DNA from: an uncultured Verrucomicrobiae bacterium
Lineage (GTDB): Bacteria; Verrucomicrobiota; Verrucomicrobiia; Limisphaerales; Palsa-1400
NCBI GenBank assembly: GCA_963707025.1
Contig: CAVPOM010000009.1
Coordinates: 256,001 to 320,000, forward strand
DNA: 64,000 nucleotides
Direction of reading: 5' to 3'
In this document: positions 38,295 to 47,933 of the stretch, piece after piece
Position numbering within the stretch: the first letter of the stretch is position 1
Layout of the letters: each line of letters starts with the position of its first letter
The notes under the pieces: generated by a model
Database searches by the model: none
What the model was told of the DNA's origin: nothing
What the model saw: only the letters and a program-made list of their open reading frames with translations
Translations under genes and position numbers: made by a program

Positions 38295-39152
38295 TCAGGC
38301 CAGCGGGAGGCTGGAGCCTACGCGGGTGGTTTCGTCGTGGATGGCCAGGATGGGAGCGATGGCCGCGTCCACCTGGGTGTTGCCGAGGGTGGCCAACAGT
38401 TCGCAGGTGGCGTAGGCGCGGCTGGCGCCGAGATAGCGGGTCTCCCATTCTTTGAAGCGCTGCTCTTGCTTGGCGTCGGCCCAGGGCCAGGGACCGGGAG
38501 GCATCCCCGACTTGCAGCGCCAAGGCTTGGGGGTCAGGCGGGCGCGGAAGCATTTCTGGGCCTTGCAGAGCTTTTGATAAAGCGGGTCGGCGCCCAACTC
38601 GTCGAAGAGCGGATCGGAAGCCGTGTTGGCCGGATCAAACAATTGGTGCGTCGCCAGCAGGCGGAAACCAGCCCGCGTCCGGTAAACCCGCCAGCCCCAG
38701 CCCGGTTGTCTGGCGGCGAGCTTGCCGGCCTTGGCCAGCAACCCGATTTGCGCCGGGTCAGGCCCGGCGGCTGGGGGAGAGGGTTTGGCCCCGCCGAAGA
38801 GGCCTTTGAGCAGTTTGCCCAAGCCCGTGGACTTTTCTGGCTCCGGCAAATCCACATCCACGAACAGGATTTGCGCCGTGTTCAACACCTGGCAGCCATA
38901 CGCATTGCGGGTGATCACCGCCGTCACCTCTCCGTTGGGATCCTTGAGTTCGCGCAGGACCGGTTCGCGCAAGGGCCGGTCGCTGCCATATCCATAACGG
39001 CGCTTGACCATTTCCTTGGCGTCATAGCGCGCCATGGCCATTTCCGCGTTGGCGCGTCCGACCGCTTGCGCCTCGGCCAGACTGTGGTTCGACCAGCCCC
39101 AGCAGGAGAACTTCCGGAACTGGCCCTTGGCCCAAAACTGCGGGAAATTCAT
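38295..39152 (-). CDS. Conserved hypothetical protein
   Basis: 285 aa; ITRNAYG, LFVDVD, VYRTRAGFRL, DPLY..LC..Q..FRARLTPKPWR. Confidence 0.8.
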   Translation of the reverse strand: MNFPQFWAKGQFRKFSCWGWSNHSLAEAQAVGRANAEMAMARYDAKEMVKRRYGYGSDRPLREPVLRELKDPNGEVTAVITRNAYGCQVLNTAQILFVDVDLPEPEKSTGLGKLLKGLFGGAKPSPPAAGPDPAQIGLLAKAGKLAARQPGWGWRVYRTRAGFRLLATHQLFDPANTASDPLFDELGADPLYQKLCKAQKCFRARLTPKPWRCKSGMPPGPWPWADAKQEQRFKEWETRYLGASRAYATCELLATLGNTQVDAAIAPILAIHDETTRVGSSLPLA

Positions 39153-39197
39153 GGGCAATGAAGTGCCCCAGAATCCCGGGACAGTCAAGACTCCAAT

Positions 39198-40016
39198 TCA
39201 GGCGCTGGCGCTGGTGTAGTGTTTGAGGGAGAAGCGCCAGAAAATTTCCGAGAGGAGGAAACAAAGGGCGCTCATGGCGGCCAGCAGAACCATTTCCCAC
39301 GTCGAATCCAGCCGCGCGGTCAGCAGCTTGACGGGCACGTTGGCCACCAGCAGCATCGGGATGGCAAAGCGAAAGAAGGCCTTGAAGAAGCCGTGAAAGG
39401 CGGCGTCGGGCAGGCGCGCGATGTTGAAGAGGTTGTAATAACCCCAGACAATGTTCTGGGCGCGCACGGTCCAGAAAGCGACGCTGGCCAGCAGAAACAT
39501 CAGGGAGTAATGCACCACGATCCCGGCGGCGCAGAGGAAAAGAAAACCAATCATCTGCCCCGCCGAGGGGACCAGGTGCAGTTGCCGGGCGGCGTAGGCC
39601 ATGACGCCGAGGGCGGAAGCGGCGTTGACAAACCCGCCCAGGTCCACCTGGCGCAGGGAGATCAAAAAGCGGCTGTTGACCGGGAGCAAGAGCATGAAAT
39701 CCAGCCGGCCGGTGCGGACGAGTTCGGAAAGCTGGATGCAGTTGGTCAGGAAAAAGGCCTGGAACATCTGCTGGATGAACTGGCTCGCCCCCACCAGCAT
39801 CATCACCTGCCATTTTGTCCAGTCGCCGATGGTCTCGGTGTGCAGATAAATCACGCTGATGAAACTCAATTGCAGGCCGAACCAGAGGGATTCCACCACC
39901 AGCCATAAAAGAAAATTGCTTTTGAAGCTCATCTCGCGCGCGACGGAATTGCGCCAGAGCGCCTGGTAAATGCCCAGGTGCCGCCACAGTGGGTGGGGAG
40001 GTTTTGGGTTCACCAT
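39198..40016 (-). CDS. ABC-2 family (DUF990-like) transporter permease
   Basis: REMSFKSNF, VRTGRLDFMLLLP, multiple TMs, HYTSASA. Confidence 0.9.
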   Translation of the reverse strand: MVNPKPPHPLWRHLGIYQALWRNSVAREMSFKSNFLLWLVVESLWFGLQLSFISVIYLHTETIGDWTKWQVMMLVGASQFIQQMFQAFFLTNCIQLSELVRTGRLDFMLLLPVNSRFLISLRQVDLGGFVNAASALGVMAYAARQLHLVPSAGQMIGFLFLCAAGIVVHYSLMFLLASVAFWTVRAQNIVWGYYNLFNIARLPDAAFHGFFKAFFRFAIPMLLVANVPVKLLTARLDSTWEMVLLAAMSALCFLLSEIFWRFSLKHYTSASA

Positions 40017-40817
40017 CAACCTCCCACCGCCGTATAAGTGCGGATGCCCCGCCGCCAGACCCACCGCGCCACGAAGTAAAAGAGAACCACCCAGCCGGCC
40101 TGGATGGCCAGGCCGCGCCCGAGTTCCGCCCCGCCCGTCTGGCCCAGATAAACGCTCACGGGAAAATAAAGAAGGTAGGGAAACGGGGTGCATTGCAGCG
40201 CCATCTCCAAGCCGTGCGGCAGGATGTTCAGCGGAAACAAATGTCCGCCCGCGATGTATTCAAAGGCGAAGAGAATGAAAATGACCGTCGAAACTTCCAG
40301 CAGCCAAAAGGCCAGCAGGGCCATGGTGTAGGACATGAAGAATTGCAGCAGGCCCGTCAGCAGGACGGACAAGACAAAGCACCCGGTCATGGCCCAGCCC
40401 GGCGGCGCCACAAAATAATGGCGGAAGCAGAATATGAACAGGCCGACGGGCACGATCGAAACCGCGGTGAAAACCAATTTTCCAGAAAGAAAAAGGCAAA
40501 TCCGGTAGGTCAGGTAATCCATCGGTTTGAGCAGGAACTGGCTGATGTTGCCGTCCTTGATGTCGGCGGCAATCTGCCAGTCGTCCTCGTTGACGGCGGT
40601 CAGCGTGTCCACCATCGTGACCAGCAGATAGTAGGAGATCATGGCGGCCAGGGAGTAGCCGGCCACGTCGGTTTTTTGCCCGCGGTAAATAGTTTGCCAG
40701 AGATAAATGGTGGCCAGGAGCGGCAGGAGCGAGACGGCGGCGCGAAAGAAAAAATTGAAGCGGTAGACGAGCATGTTCTCGGTTCCGATCTTCATGACAT
40801 GCCAGGTACTTTTTCAT
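40016..40817 (-). CDS. ABC-2 family (DUF990-like) transporter permease (one extra base near the 5' end)
   Basis: LVYRFNF, IAADIKDG..FLLKP, FPL, YTAVGG; removing one C near 40805 gives MKKYWHVMKIG. Confidence 0.88.
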
Positions 40818-40822
40818 TTTCT

Positions 40823-40879
40823 TTCTTAATCCTAATCCTAATCTTAATCCCGTGCGAAAAAGATTAAGATTACGATTAG
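40823..40879. repeat. Inverted hexamer arrays (TAATCY)n / (GATTAR)n
   Basis: cttaatcctaatcctaatcttaatc ... gattaagattacgattagg. Confidence 0.75.
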
Positions 40880-40893
40880 GAGGCCTGCGCCCA

Positions 40894-42564
40894 TCACTCG
40901 GCCAATTTGGGATGTTGCAGATGAAAAGCGGTGGCGTCCTGGTAGGCCTTGGCCACGGCCAGGAGGCGGGCCTCGCCAAATAAAGGGCCGACGAAACTGA
41001 TGCTGGTGGGCAGGCCGCGGCTGAATCCGTCCGGCACCACCACCTGGGGATGGCCCGTCAGGTTTGTCAAACCTAAATCGTTGTCGTCCATGGTGGGGGC
41101 GACATAGACATCAATGTCCTTCAGGCACTGCGCCATCTGTTGGATGAGTTGCGCGCGCACCTGCTGGGCCCGGAGGTATTCCACCGCCGGGACAAAGCGC
41201 GCCTGGCGCATGGAGTTGGGCCAGGCCCAGGCCTGCTGGCTGGCCAGTTGCGCGTCCTGCCCGCTGCGCGTCAGATCGTCAAAGGCGGCGGCCGCCTCCA
41301 CCTCCAGCAGCAGCGCGTCAATCTCCTTGGGGTATTTGGGCAGCTCGACGGGAATGAGTTTGGCGCCGAGGGATTTCAATTTTTCCAGCGCGGCCATTTC
41401 GTTGCTGTTGCCGCGCGCGCGCTCAAAGGCGGATTTCAAATAGCCGATGCGCAGTTTGGACAAGTCCGCCCTGGCTTTGTAATTGAAGGGCAGATCATAC
41501 ACGGTCGGGTCAATGCCGTCCGGCCCTTGGATGGTGTTGAAGACCAGGGCGCAATCCTCCACCGTCCGGCAAATCGGCCCCAGCTTGTCCATCGTCCAGC
41601 TCAGGGCCATCGCCCCGGTGCGGCTGACCCGGCCGTAAGTGGGGCGCAAGCCGGTCACGCCGCAAACCGTGCAAGGCGAAACAATGGAGCCGCGCGTCTC
41701 CGAGCCAATGGCAAAGCCCACCAGTCCCGCCGCCGTCGCCGCGGCCGGCCCGGCCGAGGAACCGCTGGAGCCTTTGGTCGGATCCCACGGGTTGCGCGTC
41801 CGGCCGCCGAACCAAACATCGCCCATGGCCAGCTCGCCCAGGCTCAGCTTGGCCAGGAGCACCGCGCCGGCGGCATTGAGCCGTTTGACCACGGAGGCAT
41901 CGTCGTCAAACATTTGATTGGTGTAAGGCGCGCCGCCCCAGGTGGTGCGCGTGCCTTTGGTGGCCAGCAAATCTTTGACCCCGTAAGGAATGCCGTGGAG
42001 CGGGCCGCGATAATGGCCGGCGGCGATTTCCCGGTCGGCCCGGCCGGCCTGGGCCAGCGCGGAATCTTCCATCAATGTCACCACGCAGTTGAGTTTTGGC
42101 CCGTATTTTTTCAGCCGATCCAGATACATCCGGGTGAGTTGGGTGGAGGTGACCTGGCGCGACTTGATGAGCGCGGCCAGTTGCCCCACCGAATAAAAGG
42201 CCGCGTCCTCCAGATGGGCCGGGGCGGCCAGTTTGGGGGCGGGCGACCATTCCGGTTTGAGGCGTTTGGTCTCGAAGGTCATGCCGGTGGGGATGGGATT
42301 AAAGAGCACCGCCGGCAGGACGCTGTTGGAGACGCCCAGGTTGCGGATGACCGCGTAATCGCGCTGCTGGGCGCGCAGGCCCGGCAGCATCATGTTGAGT
42401 TTATCTTCCGGCAAATCCAGGCCGAAAAGCCTTTCCGCGGCCAGCACCTCGTTGGTGGTGATGGCGTTGGTGACGGGTGCGGGCTGAGCCTGGCCCGCCG
42501 CGGTAAACAGGGGCGACAGACACAAAAATTGCAGCACGCGAAAGGATGGAGGAGGATATTTCAT
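40894..42564 (-). CDS. Amidase (amidase-signature family), secreted
   Basis: GPLHGIPYGVKDL, GSSGSSAG, AIGSETRGSI; signal-peptide-like N-terminus from MKYPPP. Confidence 0.93.
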   Translation of the reverse strand: MKYPPPSFRVLQFLCLSPLFTAAGQAQPAPVTNAITTNEVLAAERLFGLDLPEDKLNMMLPGLRAQQRDYAVIRNLGVSNSVLPAVLFNPIPTGMTFETKRLKPEWSPAPKLAAPAHLEDAAFYSVGQLAALIKSRQVTSTQLTRMYLDRLKKYGPKLNCVVTLMEDSALAQAGRADREIAAGHYRGPLHGIPYGVKDLLATKGTRTTWGGAPYTNQMFDDDASVVKRLNAAGAVLLAKLSLGELAMGDVWFGGRTRNPWDPTKGSSGSSAGPAAATAAGLVGFAIGSETRGSIVSPCTVCGVTGLRPTYGRVSRTGAMALSWTMDKLGPICRTVEDCALVFNTIQGPDGIDPTVYDLPFNYKARADLSKLRIGYLKSAFERARGNSNEMAALEKLKSLGAKLIPVELPKYPKEIDALLLEVEAAAAFDDLTRSGQDAQLASQQAWAWPNSMRQARFVPAVEYLRAQQVRAQLIQQMAQCLKDIDVYVAPTMDDNDLGLTNLTGHPQVVVPDGFSRGLPTSISFVGPLFGEARLLAVAKAYQDATAFHLQHPKLAE

Positions 42565-42710
42565 ACGGCGGCGAAGGTAGATAGTTCCCGCGCGATTTGC
42601 CAGTTGAAAGAACCGCCGCCCTTCTCGCAGCAAAAGGCTCCAAACCTTCCAGGGATGCAGTGCGGAGAACATAAAAATAGCACGATTAGACATGATTGGG
42701 ACGGCACAGA

Positions 42711-42782
42711 ATGGAGTGATGGAGTGGTGGAGTGATGGAGTGGTGGAGTGGTGGAGTGATGGGGTGATGGAGTGATGGAGTG
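42711..42782. repeat. (RTGGAGTG)9 octamer tandem repeat
   Basis: Nine consecutive 8-mers. Confidence 0.9.
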
Positions 42783-42891
42783 ATGTGGAGGTTCTGGTCC
42801 GCGAAGTCCCGCCAAATGGCGCGAAGCTGGAAAACTTTCGTGGGAACCTGGACGATTTTGGCGGGAAATGCTGTTTGGGTGCCTGCCCCCC

Positions 42892-42972
42892 CTGGGGTCG
42901 GGAAGTGAAACTAGGTGAAACTAGCTGAAACCAGGTGAAATTAGGTGAAATTAACTGAAAACTCGGCGGTGG
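42892..42972. repeat. 10-bp-phased TGAAA array, copy 2
   Basis: TGAAA at 42906, 42916, 42926, 42936, 42946, 42956. Confidence 0.85.
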
Positions 42973-43045
42973 TTTTGAACCGGCAAAACCGGGCGCAGCC
43001 ATAAACAAGTTCAGCGCAGCCAGCCGGGAACAAAGGAATTGAAGC

Positions 43046-43130
43046 ACGGATTTCGCGGGTTTCACGGATTCAGAATTCTGCATTTTGCATTTTGCATTCT
43101 GCATTTTCATATCCGTGCCCTCCGCGCCCG
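43046..43130. repeat. Composite hairpin CACGGAT / (TGCATTY)n / ATCCGTG, copy 2
   Basis: cacggatttcgcgggtttcacggat..(tgcatty)4..atccgtg. Confidence 0.7.
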
Positions 43131-43413
43131 CGCTGGCGGGCTCCTCCCGGCTGCGGCCCGGGTCTGTGCCTACGTGTCTCACGCTGATGATTCAACCATA
43201 GGTTCTAATTTTTGTCAAGCCCCGGTTGGAAAAAAGTGAAGGCTGGGTCGGCTGGAGTGATGGAGTGGTGGAGTGGTGGAACCTGGAGGATGGAGGCGCA
43301 CGGATGAGAGTTTTGTGCAATTGCCTGATGGCGAGGCCTTTGCTGCGAAATGCCAGCAAGTGAACCGACCGCGCCAACGGCGGTTGGCTCCGGCGGCTGG
43401 TCAGGCGGGGCAA

Positions 43414-43632
43414 TCATTTGCTCCCATCATTTCGCCTGAGCTTTTCAGCGGCAAAAAGAAGTATCGCGCCAACAAAAAATGCGTTGCCGATTAAAAAGAA
43501 TCCAATCACGGTGAGCATGGGAGCCTCCCCACTTCCCGAGGGCGAGGAGATCGCTCCGATAAGAAGCACCATGCCACCAACGAAGGGGAATAGGAACGAC
43601 AGCACAGCAGCAATTTGGAGCAATGTTTTCAT
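43414..43632 (-). CDS. Small two-TM hypothetical protein
   Basis: 72-aa ORF with two clear hydrophobic helices, lower GC. Confidence 0.65.
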   Translation of the reverse strand: MKTLLQIAAVLSFLFPFVGGMVLLIGAISSPSGSGEAPMLTVIGFFLIGNAFFVGAILLFAAEKLRRNDGSK

Positions 43633-43915
43633 GATGGGCTTAGGTGTGCGAATCCGCCAAACGGGCGGGCCGGATTCTTGTCAAGGCGCGCCGCGCGGGC
43701 GCACGCAGAGTCAGTTCACTTTGCATTACAAAGTTAGAGTCTCTCGCTGTCCATTCGTTCATTTTTCCCTGGAAAAATTATTCTACAACAGGCTGTTCGT
43801 GCATCAAAAACGGCCAAATGAATACGCACCAAGCGGTGCGGCGGCTTTGAGCAAGGCGAGCATGTCGCGCTCAAAGCGCCTTGCCTCTTCATGCCAGTTT
43901 GGGTAGTTTGTCGCG

Positions 43916-44209
43916 GTGCAAACGAAGATCACAAAGATGGGTGATGGGTTCGCCGTGCTCCTGCCGAAGGCGTTATTGGAAGCATGCGGCTTTGGCGCCG
44001 AAGCCACCGTTACGGTTCAGAACAGCACGCTGATTGTCAGTCCAGGCCCGCGGAAGGCGCGTCAAGGTTGGGCGGAAGCGCTCCGGGCCATTCCACAGGC
44101 GGAGTTGGATCGGGACTTCGAGGAGTTGCAAAGTTTTCGAGAGGCACCGGACGAGTGGAGCGCAACAGGCTTCCGATGGCCGGGTGGCAGCGCCCATGAA
44201 GAGATTTGA
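43916..44209 (+). CDS. mazE: MazE/AbrB-family antitoxin
   Basis: KITKMGDGFAVLLPKALL..G....V...LIV.P...RQGWAEA. Confidence 0.85.
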   Translation: MQTKITKMGDGFAVLLPKALLEACGFGAEATVTVQNSTLIVSPGPRKARQGWAEALRAIPQAELDRDFEELQSFREAPDEWSATGFRWPGGSAHEEI

Positions 44210-44514
44210 AGTCTGGCTGACCCGGCTGGATCCTGCCGAGGGATCGGAGATGCGCAAAACGGGACCGGCGGTCATCATCTCGCCCGACAAAATGAACGAT
44301 CGTTTGCACACCGTGCTTGTCGCGCCGCTGACGACCGGCGGATTTGCAGCACCGTTCCGTGTGTCATGCCCGTTCGCTGGTGTTAAAGGGCAAATCGCGT
44401 TGGATCATCTTCGCAGTCTCGCGAAGAGCAGGTGCCTGCGGCGTTTGGATCGCTTGGACGCCAATGGTCGGCGCGGAACTTTTGCAGCAGTTGCGGGAGA
44501 TGTTCAGCTTCTGA
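44196..44514 (+). pseudogene. mazF: MazF/PemK-family toxin, frameshifted near 44465
   Basis: LDP..GSE.RKTGP.VIISP..N..L.TV.VAPLTT; alternate frame ends 'ELLQQLREMFSF*' at 44514. Confidence 0.8.
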
Positions 44515-44566
44515 TCCCAAATACAGTGGGTCGCCCGTACCACCCCTGCGGCAGGAAATGTCCGGG

Positions 44567-45232
44567 TTAAAGGGTGGCGCGCGGGAAGTGGCCGGAGGCG
44601 GACGCAGGCGGCGGCCGGAGCGGCGCGGCCGGGACGCGGCACGGACGCTGGGCGGCCAGGCCGGCCAGGAAAGCGTCCAACTCGGCGCGGAGTTTTTCCA
44701 GCGGCAGGCCGACGACGTTGGTGAAGGAACCGGAGATGGATTCCACCAGTTCCCCGCCCCTTTCCTGGATGGCATAAGCGCCGGCTTTGTCCAGCGGATT
44801 GACCTTCTGGTGATAGCGGCGGATTTGGGTCGGCGTCAGCGCGCGAAAGGTCACGTCGGTCTGCTCGCAAAAGACTTTTTGGCGGTGGCCGCGCAAATAA
44901 ATCAGGCAGACGGCCGTGGTCACCTGGTGCGTCCGGCCTTGCAGGAAGGCGAGCATGTCGCGCGCCTCGGCCCGCGTGCGGGGCTTGCCGAAAATGGCGG
45001 AATCGGCGGAGACCAGCGTGTCCACGCCGATGACGATGGCGTCGGGGAATTGTTTGGAGATGGCGCGGGCCTTGCGGCAGGCGTTGATCTGGGCCAGTTC
45101 GCCGGCACTCCAGTGTTCGCCGTGGGTTTCCGGGGCCTGGCTGGGAACGATTTGAAACCGCGGCCGCAGTTGGCGCAGCAATTCGGAGCGGCGCGGCGAA
45201 GCCGAAGCGAGGATGAGCAGTGGCGCTTCCAT
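44567..45232 (-). CDS. maf: Maf family nucleoside triphosphate pyrophosphatase
   Basis: LILASASPRR, KA, GVDTLV, GKP, DKAGAYAIQ, G..TNVVGLP. Confidence 0.95.
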   Translation of the reverse strand: MEAPLLILASASPRRSELLRQLRPRFQIVPSQAPETHGEHWSAGELAQINACRKARAISKQFPDAIVIGVDTLVSADSAIFGKPRTRAEARDMLAFLQGRTHQVTTAVCLIYLRGHRQKVFCEQTDVTFRALTPTQIRRYHQKVNPLDKAGAYAIQERGGELVESISGSFTNVVGLPLEKLRAELDAFLAGLAAQRPCRVPAAPLRPPPASASGHFPRATL

Positions 45233-45343
45233 GGCGGATGGGCGGGCCGGAACGGACCGGCCAACCGGGATGCAGCCTAAACCCAGGCAGGGGAATGAGC
45301 AAGGGGAAAGCAGGGCACTTTTGACATGGAACTGACAATTAAA

Positions 45344-45372
45344 TTGCGGGAAAAGGCCCGTTGGATTAGAAT
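45344..45372 (+). promoter_or_regulatory. Sigma-70-type promoter of addiction module
   Basis: TTGCGG-17 bp-TAGAAT ending 6 nt before ATG 45379. Confidence 0.55.
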
Positions 45373-45378
45373 GTGGGC

Positions 45379-45612
45379 ATGTCAATCGCGGAACTGCAAC
45401 ATGCGGCGGGCGAGTTGGCCGAGCAGGAACGGGCGGCCTTTGCCTTGTGGTTGCTTGATACCCTGCCCCCCCATGGTGGCGAAGACGGCTGCCGTGAGGG
45501 CATCGCAGAAGCGGCCCGGCGACGGGAGGAGTTGGATACGGGCCAGTCGCGCCCCCTGGCGGCGGAGGAATTTTGGGCTTCCATTGACCGCGAGCGTTTG
45601 GCGTGGAAATAG
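45379..45612 (+). CDS. Putative addiction-module antitoxin
   Basis: 'L...ERA..A.WLLDTL....I.EA.RR.EE...G' pattern; overlaps the RelE gene. Confidence 0.8.
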   Translation: MSIAELQHAAGELAEQERAAFALWLLDTLPPHGGEDGCREGIAEAARRREELDTGQSRPLAAEEFWASIDRERLAWK

Positions 45613-45893
45613 AATTCCATCAGTTGGTCCGCCGGGATGTGCTGGAGATTTTGCGTTACTACCGGGCGGTTTCCACCAGAATTGCCGATGAGTTTCGCAA
45701 CGAGTTGAACGCAAAGATAATTCAGGCGGCAGAGAACCCCTTTCGTTTTCCTGGCGTTGACTGTGGTTTCCGACGCGCCAACCTCACCCGGTTCCCGTAT
45801 CATATCCTCTACGAAGTCCGTGGCGAGCGGCTGCGGGTGATGATTGTGCGCCACCACAAACGCCACCCGAAGTTCGGACTGGAGCGGCAATAA
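45603..45893 (+). CDS. RelE/ParE-family toxin
   Basis: FH....D..E...YY, I....ENP, RRANL.RFPY.ILY, VRH.KR.P. Confidence 0.88.
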   Translation: MEIEFHQLVRRDVLEILRYYRAVSTRIADEFRNELNAKIIQAAENPFRFPGVDCGFRRANLTRFPYHILYEVRGERLRVMIVRHHKRHPKFGLERQ

Positions 45894-46122
45894 CCAGACG
45901 GACAGGCCGTTTTTCAGAAAGCAGGCCCGTCAACATTCCGAGCGCCTTGCGGCAACATCAATTTTGATCTTTGACAGCGGGGGATTGCGTTGTAGAGTCG
46001 CGGCGAACCATGAACAGGGCAATGAAGCTCCAACACCCGTGCCGGATGGCCCCGCGCCTTTTCCTTCAGGCCAATGGCCAACCCCTGGTATTTGGTTTCG
46101 CTATTAAACCCATCATCCACAC

Positions 46123-47595
46123 ATGAACAATTCAGAGACACCACCGACCGGCCAGCTTCCCTCTTACATTACCAGCGCGACGCCGAATCCGCCCGAAAAG
46201 CGCGCGCCCTGGTACGCCAACACGGCGCCGACCTACGCGGGCATCTTTCTCTGGTTCGTATTCTGGCAGGACGCGGTCAATGCCCCGAACGCGGGCGGGA
46301 TGCTCTCGCAAGGGGTGGGCTGGGCGCTGGTGAGCCTGGTGCTGGCCGCGCTGGTCTGTCACTTTCTGTTCTACTTGGTGCCAGGGCTGTTGGGCATGAA
46401 AACGGGGCTGCCGCTGTATATCGTGGGCACCTCGACTTTTGGCGCGCAGGGCGGTTTTCTCATGCCGGGTTTTCTGATGGGCGTGCTGCAATTCGGCTGG
46501 GTTGGGGTCAACGTCTTTTTTTCCGCGCAGGCGCTGGCGCTGGTCATCCCCATTGACCCACGGATCATCATGGTGGTGTGGGGTGTGCTGGCGGCGTTCG
46601 CCGGGCTAAAGGGCATCCAGTATGTTGCCCGGGTGGCGACCTACCTGCCGCTGATTCCTTTGGTTATCCTGCTGATCCTCCTGGCCAAGACGGCGGGGAG
46701 CATCAGCAGTTTCGACCCGCAGAAGTTCATTGATCTGCACAAAGGTCTGTCGCCGCAAACTCCGGCGGCGCTGGGCACCTTCGGCGTGCTGGCGTTCATG
46801 ATGACGTTCGTGGTCGGCTTTTTTGCCACGGCGGGGGCGGCCGGGGTGGATTTTGGCACCAACAGCCGGAGCAAGAAGGACGTGCAGATGGGGGGCTTGG
46901 TGGGCGTGGCCCTGGCCATCATTTTTACCGCGGGGATTTCAATCCTGGTGGCTGCCGGCACTTACGGTTCGCCCGAATTAAGCAAAGCGGCGGTGGCGGC
47001 GGCGACCGACGCAGCAGCCAAGGCCAATCCGCCTGGGACGCCGAGCTTGATTCTGCAGACGCCTGGTTTGATCCCGACGCTCATGGGCAAGAGCGCCGGG
47101 CTGATTTCGTTCCTGCTGGCGCTGGCCGCCTTTCCGGCGGCGTGTTTCTCCGCGTTTATTGCCGCCAACAGTTTCAAGACCACTTTGCCGAAGGTGAATC
47201 CGTTCATTTCCGTCGGCATCGGCACGGCGGTGAGCATTGTGCTGGCGATTACCGGCCTGGCCGGCAAAGCGATCGTCGTCTTCCAGATTATCGGCGCCTC
47301 CTTCGGTCCCATCTGCGGCGCGATGCTGGTGGACTACCTTCTGTCTGGCGGCACTTGGCCCGGACCGCGCGCGGGCTTCAATCCGGCGGGCTGGCTGGCC
47401 TGGCTGGCGGGCTTCGCGGTGGGCATTCTGCCTATCTTGAAGATCTATGATGTCCCGGCCGCGCCCGTCGCCGCGTTCCTGGTCGGCGTGGTCGTTTATT
47501 TCGTGTGTGCCAAGCTGGGCCTGCAATCGCGGGTCATTCCGCTGCCCGCCAGGCCGGCCGCGCCTGTCAATTCGGCGCCGCCCGCCGCCGGTTAA
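46123..47595 (+). CDS. Purine/cytosine permease (NCS1-like) family transporter
   Basis: ~12 TMs; GMKTGLP...STFG..G, QFGW, P..G..LVDY, GFN.AG..AW. Confidence 0.8.
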   Translation: MNNSETPPTGQLPSYITSATPNPPEKRAPWYANTAPTYAGIFLWFVFWQDAVNAPNAGGMLSQGVGWALVSLVLAALVCHFLFYLVPGLLGMKTGLPLYIVGTSTFGAQGGFLMPGFLMGVLQFGWVGVNVFFSAQALALVIPIDPRIIMVVWGVLAAFAGLKGIQYVARVATYLPLIPLVILLILLAKTAGSISSFDPQKFIDLHKGLSPQTPAALGTFGVLAFMMTFVVGFFATAGAAGVDFGTNSRSKKDVQMGGLVGVALAIIFTAGISILVAAGTYGSPELSKAAVAAATDAAAKANPPGTPSLILQTPGLIPTLMGKSAGLISFLLALAAFPAACFSAFIAANSFKTTLPKVNPFISVGIGTAVSIVLAITGLAGKAIVVFQIIGASFGPICGAMLVDYLLSGGTWPGPRAGFNPAGWLAWLAGFAVGILPILKIYDVPAAPVAAFLVGVVVYFVCAKLGLQSRVIPLPARPAAPVNSAPPAAG

Positions 47596-47673
47596 TGCAA
47601 AAGTGGTTGCAGGGAAGGCCGACTCACCGGAAGCTGAAAACGGGCGGGCTTTGCGACGGCTCCTTCTTGGGTA

Positions 47674-47770
47674 GGTAGGGCGGGCAGTCCTCTGCCCGCC
47701 GTCGGGCCGTGAATGGCGAACGGACGTCTCCTCTCCCTCCATCGGCGGGCAGGGGACTGCCCGCCCTACC
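47674..47770. repeat. Inverted GTAG-REP pair (REPIN-like)
   Basis: GGTAGGGCGGGCAGTCCTCTGCCCGCC ... GGCGGGCAGGGGACTGCCCGCCCTACC. Confidence 0.85.
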
Positions 47771-47933
47771 TTTGCCGATCCACCCAAAAATGACCGGTTA
47801 CAAACATGCTTTCTTTTCCGTCTAAGAAAGAGTGGCCCGCGGTGTCGTATGGAGTGAACATGGTGTCCACCCAAAACCAGGCGGACGCCGGGCCGGCCCG
47901 ATGGTCCGCACCCGATTGTCGGGAATCGCCAGC

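Noticed and set aside
42711..42960. CRISPR array
   Set aside because: Repeats are 8-10 bp with no unique spacers; no cas genes
42565..43182. N-terminal extension of the amidase ORF (762 aa)
   Set aside because: It translates microsatellites (HHSITP repeats); a signal-peptide-like start at 42564 is more plausible
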